NCBI GenBank assembly: GCA_976226885.1
Contig: OZ320315.1
Coordinates: forward strand, 81,282,001-81,346,000
Reading direction: 5' to 3'
Origin: Iphione sp. A-MEVVRFRX5
Lineage: Eukaryota
DNA: 64,000 nt
Shown here: piece after piece, positions 1 through 13,011 of the stretch
Numbering within the stretch: position 1 is the first letter of the stretch
Layout: each line of letters opens with the position of its first letter
Translations under genes and position numbers: made by a program
The notes under the pieces: generated by a model
What the model saw: only the letters and a program-made list of their open reading frames with translations
Told to the model about the DNA's origin: nothing
The model's database searches: none

Positions 1-294
1 AGGAGACACAAAAGCTATTTTGATGTGACGGAGACTTTTCTCTTTTTTGTACTAACATCTTATGTAGTAGCTACAAGTAGCTGCGTATTTTCGAGCAAAC
101 TACATGGTTTTTAGCGGTCATTTTACTTCGAATTGAAGGCATTCGTTACATTTTCACCTGCGGTTGATATGGAGGAAAAACAAATTCACTTTTGCTTGTA
201 TAAAACATGTAGTCCGTGTAGAGTACCCATTCACATCGAGATTATGGTGAAATGACGCTTGTTATACGTGCTTTGTGTGAACACCGCCCTCCTG

Positions 295-431
295 NNNNNN
301 NNNNNNNNNNNNNNNNNNNNNNNNNNNNNNNNNNNNNNNNNNNNNNNNNNNNNNNNNNNNNNNNNNNNNNNNNNNNNNNNNNNNNNNNNNNNNNNNNNNN
401 NNNNNNNNNNNNNNNNNNNNNNNNNNNNNNN
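295..431. other. Assembly gap (137 N)
   Basis: Run of N bases; ORFs in the track that span it are artefacts. Confidence 0.99.
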
Positions 432-3400
432 CCGCGGCGGTGCTCACCATGCAGCCAACTGCAGACGCGCATCAGGCCCTGTCCGCCAGTCATGCACACA
501 TCCACGCTGACAGTACACTTGTAAGACGTCCCGCGCGTACATCAAGATCACTCCGTCGTCTTCACATCGTCATCGGACTGGTTAAGCAAGAGACGGGGGA
601 GTGGCCGGGGCTTGCTCGCTTTGTCTGCACATTCCTCTTGTATTCCGACAGCTCGTGGCGTATTAGAGACCAGCCGGCGTGTGAGTGTCTCGGCCTCCCG
701 GGGGGCTATTGGCTGCCGACCTATTGCCGCCCTGGAGCTCGGCCAAATGCAGCAGCCACCCACTCTACTACTTCAGGGAGGTAAATACAGCCCTCTACGC
801 TGCACAGATGGTTCAAGGTGTTGGGAGAAGAATACAGGCGATTGGGTAAGGATGGAGAGGGGGTGGGGTGGAGAGTTCTCGATGAAATAGTCCCTTTCTT
901 ACCCTTGTTAATTCAGCCGGTTTTGCACCGCCTTGTAACCGAAGACCCACCAGCACTGATTTCCTCTGTAGTTATTTAGCCAGGGATATTTAGACATCAG
1001 AAAGCTAAGTTTGTAGAATCGTGCACTTGTGGTCAGTAGCAATAAAGGTTGTTTTCTTTAGTTCGGAACATTGTTTTAAGGAAAGGGTTAAGGGAAGCTG
1101 GACGCGGGAATTTTCCACTTCTTTGTGGAAGGCTTAAAAGGGGGTTATTCATACAGCTTATAGCAAGTGAACAGTGAAAGATAAAATATATCGCCCGGAT
1201 CAGCTCTAGACAGCCACGAGAGTCCCCTTCACCCTCAGAACGAATGTTGTATGTGAGCTAGGATTACAGCAGCAGCCGTAGAAAACATGGCAGCCATCAC
1301 AGTGGATACAAGTCTGATACGTGCTTTAAAAAAACACCAGGGGAATAAAGGCAACAAATAATAGAGAAGCAGCAAGCCCGGGGGTGTGGAGCGATTTTTT
1401 TTGTCCTATCTGGATGGCGCCGAGACAGATCCGGATGGTGGTTTGTAATCATGGCATACTGGACGAGCGGACGAATGACGAATCTAACCTTTGGCTGCCA
1501 ATGTGCCAGGCGCTGGCCACAATGGGGGGATCGGTGGGTGGCCGGAGGTGCGGCAGGAATAAGGAAGCACGTGGCCGGCTTGTCGCGGCAGCAGTGGACA
1601 CTGTGCGCGCCGCCTTTTATCGTCACTTTTTTTTTTATCGGGATGAACGATCAAGGAAAACCATATCAACCACTTCAATTTATGGCGGAAAGAGGCCGAG
1701 GAAACAAGGGACTTCTTCAAGGAAAGATTGGTGGCCGGCAAAATGAGAAAAAAGTATCATTAGATTTTTCTCCCCCAAAATATCTGCCGTCTTAATATTG
1801 ACCAAATTTCTCTATCGGAGTCTAGGTTATCGCGCACTTGTTCATATGAACTTTTCATCAGTTCCGCTCTCCATATCTGCCGCACAGGTATGAATCATAT
1901 AAGTATTTTTTGCATGGGTTTTTCCACTCATTGGGGCTCGTATCACGTGGAAAGGTTTTTCCTTCTATCAGGACCTTCACTTTCGTGTAGTAAAACCACT
2001 TTACATGCCAGAAAGTGGATTTTGTATCGAGTGAGTTCAGGGTACACCCAGACCCATCCCGTTTGACTCACAGGAAATTATTTGGCAGGTGATAATAGAC
2101 AGTGTCTACAGAGAACTTTTGTTCATGGCATTTGTCTTACCTTTCAGTCGAAACTCTCTCACTGATTCCATTCTACATCATCATGGTGTGTAGTCTGTAT
2201 GGCTTTCAGTCCATTCTTTTATTACATCATCTTATGCGATGTGAAGCACCGTAGACTGGCGACAATACATGTATATTAACTGCTTAGTGCTTTCACTTGT
2301 CAGAGTTGTTCATGACAGGCAGTTTTTGAATTGTCGGAAAATTTAATTTTATGTGTGTTGTGTTGTGAGCGGAGATCCATTAACATCCAAAGATACAGCA
2401 ATTTCATCGGCGGTTTCCTATGTGAATAGTAGATACTAGGCTGACAAAGTGATCTGAGCACATCACCCCACGTGAAAATTTCGTTTTTTCTTCAGATATA
2501 AATGGACTTAATTCTCCGCCCGATATCTAGAAAATTAAACTATCAACTCCATTCGTGTTTCTGTCGCGCCTTGAATCTTCTCGTTTTTTTTAAATGAAAA
2601 TTCTCTTGTTTGCATAAAATGCTATCGATTCAAATCATAGCATGATGAGAACGGACATTTATCTGTATTTGGGAATGGACAAGTATCAGCGTTACATGAA
2701 TATATGTGCACATATGTATATATTACACACAAATGGTTCACTCAATGCTACACGTACAGCCACTAAACATTTCGAACATGTATGTTTTTTTTAATACCTT
2801 AGGGTGTGTTTATCTGATTGAGTCACATCCTAATCTTCCACCTAAGAACTTTCTCCCGAGCAAGAACTACTACCTTGCCGCAGTGCAGCCGCTCTCCTCC
2901 CAAGTTATGGTGCCTTGGAAACTGGCATAGCAGGAGCGCATAAAGGGTATATGGTCTGGGGCTGACAGGGGGCAGAAGGTAAAGCGGCGAAGGAGGTGGC
3001 CGGTTGAAGCACATCCTTCATCTCCTCGCGGCGGCCTCTGGCCACCAAGCTTCATTTATAGGCCACCTTCAGGCTGAAGGGAGCCCAATCGGAGCTAAAG
3101 CCGGGTTGATATGTATCTGACTCTCAGTCCGATTTAGGGTCGTCATAACTTGTTCTCCCTCCCTATCGTGTATCATGTGGGGCATGCCAGGGACTGTAAG
3201 CTGCGGATGAATAAGACAATATGGGACATCAAGATCAAGACAAAATATCTCCCTCCTTTCGGCGGCGGTTTGATATTCTCGTCCGTCAGCCTTATTTGGA
3301 CAGATGTTATCTGGTTTTAGAAAATCAAGCGTGTTTTTTTTTCTCTGTGTTAGACGTTTCAAGTATTGAGGTTGCTGAAGGTAAAGGCGCGTCATTCGAT

Positions 3401-4857
3401 GCGTAAAGTGGCACCTTCTTCATGCACATGTACTTAGTATGATTCAAATAACTTCTGTGTTCGCTTTAATGTTGCAAGTAAATTCTTTTTACATAGCAGA
3501 TAATATTTTCCTGCTCAGTATGTTGTTATTGCTGCGCTTGATTTTATTGCGGTAACTGCTATAAGTGTTCGTGTTATTGCTGTTGTAATTCAGCTGGAAA
3601 TACCGTTCGTTTGACTGGCGCCCATCATCCTCTCTTTCTTCTGTCTAGCATGCTACGTCCAGAAAGCCATCTGTCATTATCTCTTCATGTATTTCTATAT
3701 ATCCGTGTGTGTTTGTGTGTGTGTGTGTGTGTCCGTCTGTCGCGGTAACTGTCAGTCTGACTGCCTGTTTGTTTGCTTCTCTCACAATTTCCCCTCCACG
3801 TCGTCACCCCATTGGTTATTTTCATAGAACCGTTCTTACTTCCTCTGCACGTCTTTCCCACTGCGCAGCCAAATGCTACCATTCCCCTCACCACCGGCTG
3901 CCTTGTCCCATACAAAGACACGTCAGTGAAAGGTTGTCCATGGAGCGGTTGGTGCACCCCACGGCCCTTGCACCTTAACCCTCCGACCAGGAGTTAGTGT
4001 CACCTTGTTGACCTGCTCACCTTTCGTCTGGCCCATAGGCGGCGCTTTTGATGATCACTATACTCGCTGCGCAGGCCAGTTTTGCGTTCTGCTCGTCAGA
4101 GTACACCATCATCAGTTTCACACACATACAGACACTCGCGCACACGCATATGGGTTTATCCGCCATACTTCTGTACGAGAAATAGCTACATGTAGGTTTC
4201 ACTTTAATTTATACATCGCATTTTAAATATAACAGTAAAGTTATCACGTGTGCGCACGTGATGCTGAGGGGACAGTAGTAGAATACAAAAAAAAACAATG
4301 CATTGACATGAGTATATTCGAAGAGAACGTAATAAATATGCTGAAGAAATAAAGGTAGAGACAAACACGGATAAGGATGCGTGTTAAGATAACAGGAGCC
4401 CTGCCATGGTCTCGGACTATTGCCAGTCTGAAGATAACTACTCATGTAATGCGGATTTTGTCTTCATGACATTCCTTATCAGACACCTTGTCGCTTGAAG
4501 GTCATTGAGTACATTTATGTGTAGGAAGAGGAGGCGTTAAATTGCGCATTTTATATGCTCTGCTACGAGACAAATTGGCCGTTCAAAACTAAGTGCTAAC
4601 ACAGAAATCCAGTCAAATTGAGGATGCCCATAGCCCCACGAGTCGTGCCTACACGCTAGTCCGAGTGGATAGACGTCTGCCCTCGCCTGCCCCAAGGGCT
4701 CTGGCCCACCGGTAGTTGGATATATGTGTCAAATATGCCTTCAGAATTTAACCCCCCCCCCCCATACCCCGCCGTCCGCTCGTGTGTGAGCAGCTTTCCA
4801 TTACTGTAGTCGGCTCGCTCGCCGTCTCGCTCACCGTGCTCTTCTTGCTATTTTCAG

Positions 4858-5501
4858 ACGCAGATGAGGCAGGAACTGTGGCCGGTGATCAGCTGTCGAG
4901 GAGGACCCGGCCCGCGGCCGCGGTAGTGAGCAGGCGAAGCGGGGCGCCATGACAGATTGACATCCGCCCGTCCGTCGGTCCGCCCGCCTGCTCGCCTCTC
5001 CACCACCACTACGAACACCACTACCACGAGCTACTCGACTATCCTGCCGTCCCCCTTCAGGACGCCTCCCGAGTATTACAACTGTAGCTGAGCTGCGCCT
5101 GCAATCGGCCCCATCCGGCGTCACCGCAGCCAGCGCCTGATCTCCGCACACACGCACGCCTCTGATTCTAATCAGCGGCGCTGAGACTGCGGTGCCAGTC
5201 TAGTTGACGTTCTAGCAAGAATATTCCTCCGACTGTCGTGCCCCATTCGGTTGGCCAGCCACCGTATCTCGACAGCGTGAGTATCAGCAGCAGAGCTAGT
5301 AGTAGTAGCAGCAGCAGCAGCAGCAGCAGCGGGGGCAGCAGCAGCAGCACGGGCAAGAGAGAAGAAGAGTGAATGGGAGCAACTCGTATTTGCTACGCAT
5401 AAGTTGGCAGGCCAATGATAACTGCCCAGTTTGTGGGGTTGGTGTCTCTGAGTAAGACGTGTGCGTGTTGACTCGCTCCTCGCAGCCGTCAGCATTTCAG
5501 C
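4858..5501 (+). other. Probable 5' UTR part of the first DAG1 coding exon (GC-rich, contains AGT/AGC triplet repeat at about 5298-5330)
   Basis: Good acceptor tcttcttgctattttcag|ACG ending at 4857, then GC-rich sequence leading to ATG 5502. An upstream non-coding exon is implied but not identified. Confidence 0.5.
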
Positions 5502-5882
5502 ATGGGCCACTGCTACAGGCTGACTTCAGGCACGGGGCGAGCTGCTCGCTCTGTTGACCTGCGGTGGGGGCTGCTCGTTACCCTCGCCTGCTGGCTGATG
5601 GGGACAGCGCACGCCATGGTCCAGCTGCAAGTCGACAACCCCGAGGACATCCAGAACTACCTGCAGGTGGTCGCCGACGAGGGGCAGAACGCGGCCGACC
5701 CTGGAGGCGATCAAGCCGAGGGTGGAGCCAAGACAGGTCGCCATGGCAACCAGGTGTTGGCAGGCGACCAACAGCCACTCTCCGTCATGTGGGGTATAGC
5801 CGACACGTCGGCGACAGTCGGCCGACTTTTTACATTCACCATACCCAAGGATGCCTTCAAGGGCCACGTGACAGGCTACAAG
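5502..5882 (+). CDS. DAG1: Dystroglycan coding exon 1 (signal peptide and start of N-terminal Ig/cadherin-like domain)
   Basis: Hydrophobic leader (WGLLVTLACWLMGTAHA), then ADTSATVGRLFTFTIPKDAF resembling the DAG1 N-terminus. Donor AAG|gtaggc is phase 0 and joins in frame to 13012 (GYK|VTELG), matching the vertebrate IIK|VSAAG intron position as I recall it. Confidence 0.9.
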
Positions 5883-7746
5883 GTAGGCAACTTTTTTCAT
5901 GGCCCACTTTCGTGAATTTCTTGCGAATTATCTTTGAAAAAATTAGAGAGGTTAACATTTCTCAGTAGGATTACAAGTCCAGTCCTGCTACTCATTCGAA
6001 GATGTGAAGAACGCTAGAGTAAAATGATGAAAAGATATGGTGAAGTCCTCAGTATTATGAGTGGCACTGCTGAATAGAGGGTATGAAAAATCGCTATTCA
6101 TCTTCCTAGGGGAGATTGCCCCACCTTCGTCTGAAGATAAAAAAATTAGCCCTTCTCTAAATACATTTTGTGTTTTTTTATACGGGCGATTCTTGTCTTT
6201 ATTCGTATACACGATTCAAGTAGAAAATGGGTTAGATTCCAAGGTGTTTAGGTAGGCACCTTTGGCACTTCACCTTGGCATTTCGCTTGGTTAACGGTAG
6301 TGATACAATATGGCTCATTGTGAGCTGGCAGCTTGAGTAACGCGTTTACATGCCGCCAGGGATTCTTGAATGACTGCCCCCCATACCTTTGCACCTTCAG
6401 ACTAAATCTGCGAAGGTTGTTGTTGTTATGTCGCCACCGTTTGCTTTCTAGCCCGCAGGTAGGGACCGGGGACTGTCAGTGAGAATACCAAATTTAATGG
6501 GGTGCAAGTGGGGGCTGTTGGTATGGTACAGAAAATCAGGGGGGGGGCGGCGATGGAGGCCGCGCCCGGAGGTCGGCCAGCCTAGATCTACTCCGAGCCT
6601 AGCGACCAAGTACCAGCTTTAGCAACTCCAATGGAATAAAGTGTCCGCCACTTGTATGCTCAGCAGACTTGCAGTATACGCCATTCACAAAACTGCGGCC
6701 AAAGCAAACGGCCGCGCCCATTGGCCTGTCCTTGTCCGTGATCGGTCAATAAAGGCACGAGTAGAAGCGGTCTTGTAAGTCGCGACTGTTAGGGAAACTT
6801 ACGTTGTTGGCCATCTTCTCTGGCATCAAGTGGGCCTGAATTGAATAAGTAAATGCTACTATCATGCAGACTCTTCACGTGAGTCTGGTTGGAGTTTTTG
6901 AGTTTGTTGCTTTGATCTTGAAATGTAGCTGTAGAGCGAGCACGTCCGTATACAGTTGTGTATTGGATTGTTTCATTTCGTAACGCACGCGATAATTCAG
7001 ATGTCATGCATGTTGATTATCGTCGTGCCCACGAGGGTTCTCGACTAGAGTAACGTACGGTAATACGAAACTTCAGCAATTAGATGTACATCATGAATTA
7101 TTGATAGCTTCTCCGGCTGATACCAACGGAATGGCCTTGGTTCGATATGTAACGGAACATTACGTCTCACGAGCGTCCTGAAATTAATTCCCTATTGGTG
7201 TAGTCCTACTGCTTCTGTAGCGAGATGTTCAGACTATATTAAGTCACTATAGTGTACTCAACATCCACATGTCGATCTCTAGGCTATAGGTTTTATCTTC
7301 CCAAAATCCAAAAATAGGACAAAATGTCAGGATCAAAATAACGGGAGTAGCTAATAGTTTCTGCAATTGCGTAGGGGCTTAATAAACTAGTGCGCTCTAG
7401 TGCCTTCCACGAGGTGCTACTGAAACCGACTATTGACCTACCCATTTCCCCGCAAATTATCAAAGCAAATTGCAAGGACAGTGGGACCTAGTCGGCACAG
7501 ACCCAGTATTGTATACGACATCTGGCCAGCGTCATATCAGGCATTACCCTCACTTGGACTTCATGTACAGAGCCCTGTGTGTAGCCCGAGAGGCAGCGTG
7601 AAACCGTAGATATTTCGGCTTCAGGCCCACTCTCTCTGCGATCTCGATCAATAGTGCACAGTTTGTATACATTGTATACATATTGAATGTAAATTAATGT
7701 GTCTCGGAGGGCGTGATACTGCACCGGCTGTTCAAGCTCACTTAAA

Positions 7747-7750
<4 letters not shown>

Positions 7751-7822
<72 letters not shown>
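7751..7822. repeat. (CT)36 microsatellite in the DAG1 intron
   Basis: 72 bp perfect CT run. Confidence 0.98.
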
Positions 7823-7825
<3 letters not shown>

Positions 7826-10093
7826 CTCTCTCTCATCCTTACACTCGTGGTCTCTCTTTTTCTTTCTCCCTATATCTCTGCCCAATGGATCTGAATGTAT
7901 GTGAGTGTGCAGTCTGTAGAAAAGTGACATCGGGGTTCGACTCAAGAGAATAGAAATAAAAAGACGGGGCATGATTCAGCCATGAGGTTATTGTTATTGT
8001 TTTTGGAGAGGGCCGCCAGAAATGGAGTAGGCCTAGTTCAAGCCACTTCGCTGGAGCCATGTGTAACCGATGCAGACGGCCAGGCCTCTCCGTGCATACC
8101 TCTCCCCCCACACCCAGGAACAAATGTTTACCTTGGAAGCACGGCGAGAAAGGCAGTGTCACCAACGGCAGCAGAGCCGCCCAGCTTCAGATCGACTGAA
8201 TCTGAAATGCTTCTCTCACACACGATCTGGATGAATAGATAAACAAATCGCGCCTTCTATACTACCCCTCAACTCCACCTCTCTTCACTACCCGTCACCA
8301 ACACACACGTCAGTGACAAGTGCAGAGAAACAGAATAGGGAAAACACAATCAGCTGACAGTGTTTGTAATGCGAAGGGAATGAGTTTATAATGTAGCAAA
8401 GCTCAGGTTCTTCTTGTTTTAATGTTCAAAGGTTAGTACATGTAGTTAGTAAATTGAATTTCGTGGGAAGATGTCTTCAGGGAGTGCAAGCAAAACACTT
8501 GGACGTAGTTGCTTGTCAACTTTAAATGAGGTTATTTCAAAGTCGAGATCGAGTTTCCTAGAATGGGAAGATTAGACGTGAAGCCATAGCAGCGTCCCCC
8601 GCCTCCGGGGATCTCATTAGAAACGTAAATGGTCTGTCGAGGCGCAGAACGACCGATGTGACTTTACATCGTTCATCACTAATACTAGAAACGGACCTGT
8701 GAAATTGAGTCGGGAGATAATAGGAAACGGATTAGGATTTTTAAAAAAAATGTATAATTAGAATATAACATCGATCCTCATTTCCCGTTAGTAAACGAAG
8801 AATATGTCGTAGCTTCTATTCGTCAGCAGCCCTTTTCTCTGTGGGAAATCCCGCGCAGCTAAAGCACCACCAACAATCGTTATGTGTGGCGCTTCTGTTT
8901 GTGTCCGTTGCAAACTGATAGGATGTGCAACAGTGGAAAATCGACGTCACGAATCTTAACTCAACCCCCCCCCCCTCCTCTCGCCCCCATCACTTCCCTC
9001 GTTGTTCCCTCTTTGCTACCTGCCAGTGTGAAAGACGCCGGTAAAAACTCGAATATCTGTAGAGGACGGTGACTGCGGGCAGATGAGTTTTCTTCCCTTT
9101 GGGTTATGGAAGCAGTGGTGGCAGCTGCATGCGGCCAGTCTCGGTGCTTGGAGGAGGGTGGGGAAGGTGGTGGTGGCGGTGGGGAGTTGTGATCGTCGGC
9201 CAGCATCAGCTCGCCTACCCAGCGCACTCATCTGGAGAGTCCGGGCTCTTGTCGGCGTGCTCCCAGCGTGGCTGCCAGGTGCGAACTTTTTGGCTCGCGT
9301 CCATGGCAGATCAAACGCGCCCGGTCTACTCGTAGGCGGGGCGGCACAAACGCACGCACACACACACACACACACGCACATCTTGCCAGGACGAGTCACT
9401 GCACTCTCCCAGCCGAGCTGCCAAGCCTCTCCAAACTTACCTGCAAACTAGGCCAGGCGATGAATGATTGAGCAAGGATACTGGCGGAGAAAGATACATG
9501 GGAAGTGTTGCAAGCGCCCGCCTGGACAATTAAACACATGGTGCTGATTAGACGCACAGTTACACCGACCAGCAGCCGTGATTGGATCCTTAACTATAGA
9601 GGGTCAGTGCGCCATTTGCAGAGAAAAGAAAAGATGTTTTCGAGGAATGGCCGGCATGTCCACCCACACCTAGCTGGTGTAGTGATGGTGGTGATGGGGC
9701 TAGGGGGTTGGTGTTATCACACCTTTCCCATTGTTGCTGAAGTAGAAGATGCGGGGTCCTGTATTGTATATCGTTTACCTATCACGAACTCTACCATCTT
9801 TGTCCATGTCGGACATGCATACGCCTCATGGAAAGATACAAAAAGGAATGGCTCAACACGAGAGCCCCTCCGGAACACATGGAAATGGTTCGAAATGTTG
9901 TCCGTCCACAGGAAAAGCCTTTTTATGCACAGCTGAAGCTTGCTTCCAGTCATTGACAGCGGAATGATATCCCCTTATGCTGTACATGTGTATTGCATTT
10001 TTATACGGCAGTGGAGTTTTCTTTTCTGTATCGTAACGCTTGTCAGTTAATACTCTATAAATTAACAAATGTGGCAGAGCCTACCTAGTTGAC

Positions 10094-10155
10094 GTGTGTG
10101 TGTGCGTGTGCGTGCGTGCGTGCGTGCGTGTGCGAGTGCGTGTGTGTGTGTGTGC
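10094..10155. repeat. Compound (GT)n/(GCGT)n microsatellite
   Basis: Direct reading of the sequence. Confidence 0.9.
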
Positions 10156-13011
10156 GTTACATTTAGGGTGCCCAGTGGGTATTATATGACGCTATCTGTA
10201 TACGCGAATGATACAAAAGAAAAGGACTCAGGTGGTTCTTCCATGTGCTACTTTTTCATGGAAGCGAATATGATTTGGGTGTGTTTCTAACACAGATGTG
10301 TAAAAGAGGCAACAATGCATCTACGACCCTATATAGTCGATTCGACCAAAACGACTTGGTAAAATGGAAGCATGTGTTGCACTCATTGGTTGAAGAGCTG
10401 GACATAGTAGAGTTGATGAGTAAATATTTGTTTTCTGCTCAAGAGTTAAATTCATGTTATATACCCATCTCTTCCTGAACATTTAGTATTGCAGGATAAC
10501 ACATACAGGGGTAGCAGAGCTAGAAAAAAAAACCAAACCCACAAGCATGTAGGACATTAAAGGTTTGAGACAACAAAATACGAGAAGAGACTTAATACAC
10601 GGGGCAAGTAGAGCCGATCATGGTAAACACATCAAAAACAAGCGAGTGGACATGTGTCGATTTACTACAGTCATGCATAAATATGAAAAAAAAATACTGA
10701 GAATGGACGATAAGTAAAAGTTAAAGAGCAGACCTAGAAACGAGAGAATGGACTTTTGTACTCAATTTTTCACATGAGTGAGCAGAATTTAAAAGAAAAA
10801 ACAACAACATATAATTATGGCAATGAGCGGACTTCCAATGATAACATCTGCACATGGCAAACAAGGTCACCATGCTATATATTCTTCATGCATATAGGAA
10901 AGTCCATCACGGACACCGGGCCGGGACACTTGTCTGAACCACGCAACCTGGAGCAACCTTGGGAGAACGTCATGTGCATGGAAAGACCACCTCCATCTGG
11001 AACCATACGGTCTGCAGTGCTGCAGCAGGGTGGCTACGTCTTTTATTTGGTCACGACAGCAGCTCGACACTGTGGGCTGGACCTATAACCGGATAACGAA
11101 GGGTTAGATATTATTCGGCACGAAGCCCGTCCGCCTTTATTGTGGTTCCGGACTCGGTTGCTCTTCCATAAACTTCGCGCTCTAGGGATGTGGTTCATGG
11201 ATCAAGCTAGACTTGAATTACAGACTAGACCCATAACTAGACCCATAAACGTTTTATCTGGTAAAGCAGACAGCATATATAACCGACGGCTTTGCCGCTT
11301 TCCAATTGTGTGTCCAGACAATATTTGTCAGTAGATCACCACACCAAGAAGTAGTGATCTGGAATGGGTGGTGGTCCACCATTTAACGTTAAATGACATT
11401 GTTTCTGTGGTAAATACAGCGTATGTGTGTTGGATGTTTATTTGTCATTTGTGTATACCGAAAATAGCTTAATTCCGTTGGCACACAGCCCGTCGATAAA
11501 CGTTGCTCGCTAATAACCCGCCACCAAAACATCCCAAAATAACCATACAAAGAACACTGGACAAATATACATTGCCTTTGGGGGGGGGGGCTTCCGGCTA
11601 ATGTCAGACGAGGACATACATGTAGTTGATACGTGTGTATCATTTCTTCTACCTTAGAACTCATACATGTACATATGGACCGGCGAAGTATCCAACTTCG
11701 CTGTATGTACTTTCAGGTTTATTCATACGCTATTCTCCTTTTCCGAAACTTGAAGTTTCTCTCTTTTGTGCACGACTAACGTCCTCTCAGTGGTAGCTAC
11801 ATGCATTCTTTTCGTTCGAGACGTGTGGCAAGGCTTGCTGACCGGAACAATATGAGCATCTGTTATTAAATTTTCCCCTTCAGTATAGCCCTGGAGAAGC
11901 GGGCAAACATGACCTTAATGGAATCCAGATGTCCGCGACCGGTAGAGATGATGTACGTAGGTGAGGCCGAATTCTCGAACGGAAGCTCCTGCCGTACATA
12001 CAGGAGCGTGTCAGAGTGAAACATGTCGGCCTGGTTTTAAATAACAGCACAAAAAACGCGGTCCATGTCACACAACGCGCACTGTGCCGCGAGAGAGGAC
12101 CGAGACAAAAAGCGCTGAAAGGGACCAGTACTCCCTGACCCCTTTCCACTGGAGACAAGAGCGCATGGTCGCCGGGGCGACATGTATCTCTGCCATGTCA
12201 ATACTTAAACAAGATCCCCATCGTCGTGTTCAGTGGGGGCAAGATATCCCCGGTCGCTTGACCTTTGTAACCCCATCAGCTTGACCTTGGTCTGACCTAA
12301 CGGCCTGACCTTGGCATGTTGGTGATAGCGGTGGTCGGTGTAGGTGGTGATAGTTAGGGTCATTACCATCGGGAAGGCTTGTTATTCTTTTTTTATCAGA
12401 ATTTTTTTCCATGTTGGATATCAGGCCAGCTCCTGAAAATCGGTTGATTGCAGCGAGACCCTCAAGAGTAAAGGCAAATAGTGCGTTTTAAATACACTCG
12501 AGAGACCACGAACAAAGACACCTCTGGGATGAGCAGACAAGAAAGTATTTTTTGGACTGAAGGCTTTCAGTGCTCAGTTGTAAATTATTTAAGTATTGTT
12601 CTCACACGGTATTGTGTAGTTTTCAGCGGCTTGATGATTCGTCTCTCGTAAACATTGTCTCAGTTGGGATAGTGAAGGTACCTTTATGCCAGTGAAGCTT
12701 ACTGGAGGTTTGAGAAAGGCATGTAGCACCGTCTGGTGTAGAGGCTGGAAAACAGTGAAGCGTTCAGGAATGTCAGGTGCATGAACTTCTCTACGTGTAC
12801 ATTTAGACTCATGTTTTCTTTACAAGATTTCCGATCAGTTTTGCAAGTAGCAGTCGTAATGTTGGATAAAATTATGTCATTATGAAACTTAAAGCGAATC
12901 ATGTTGTCAACGGTGATTATATTGGAGTCAGCTTTAAAGTTGATCATTGAAAAGATGGCGTCTACGTGTGTATTGGTGGTGTCCTCATGGTGACCCCTGT
13001 GTGTTTTACAG

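Noticed and set aside
242-890. ORFs around the N gap and the GC-rich 432-780 segment
   Set aside because: Frames span the gap or give no recognisable protein; the segment may be a non-coding upstream DAG1 exon (donor ggag|gtaaat at 781) but this cannot be supported.
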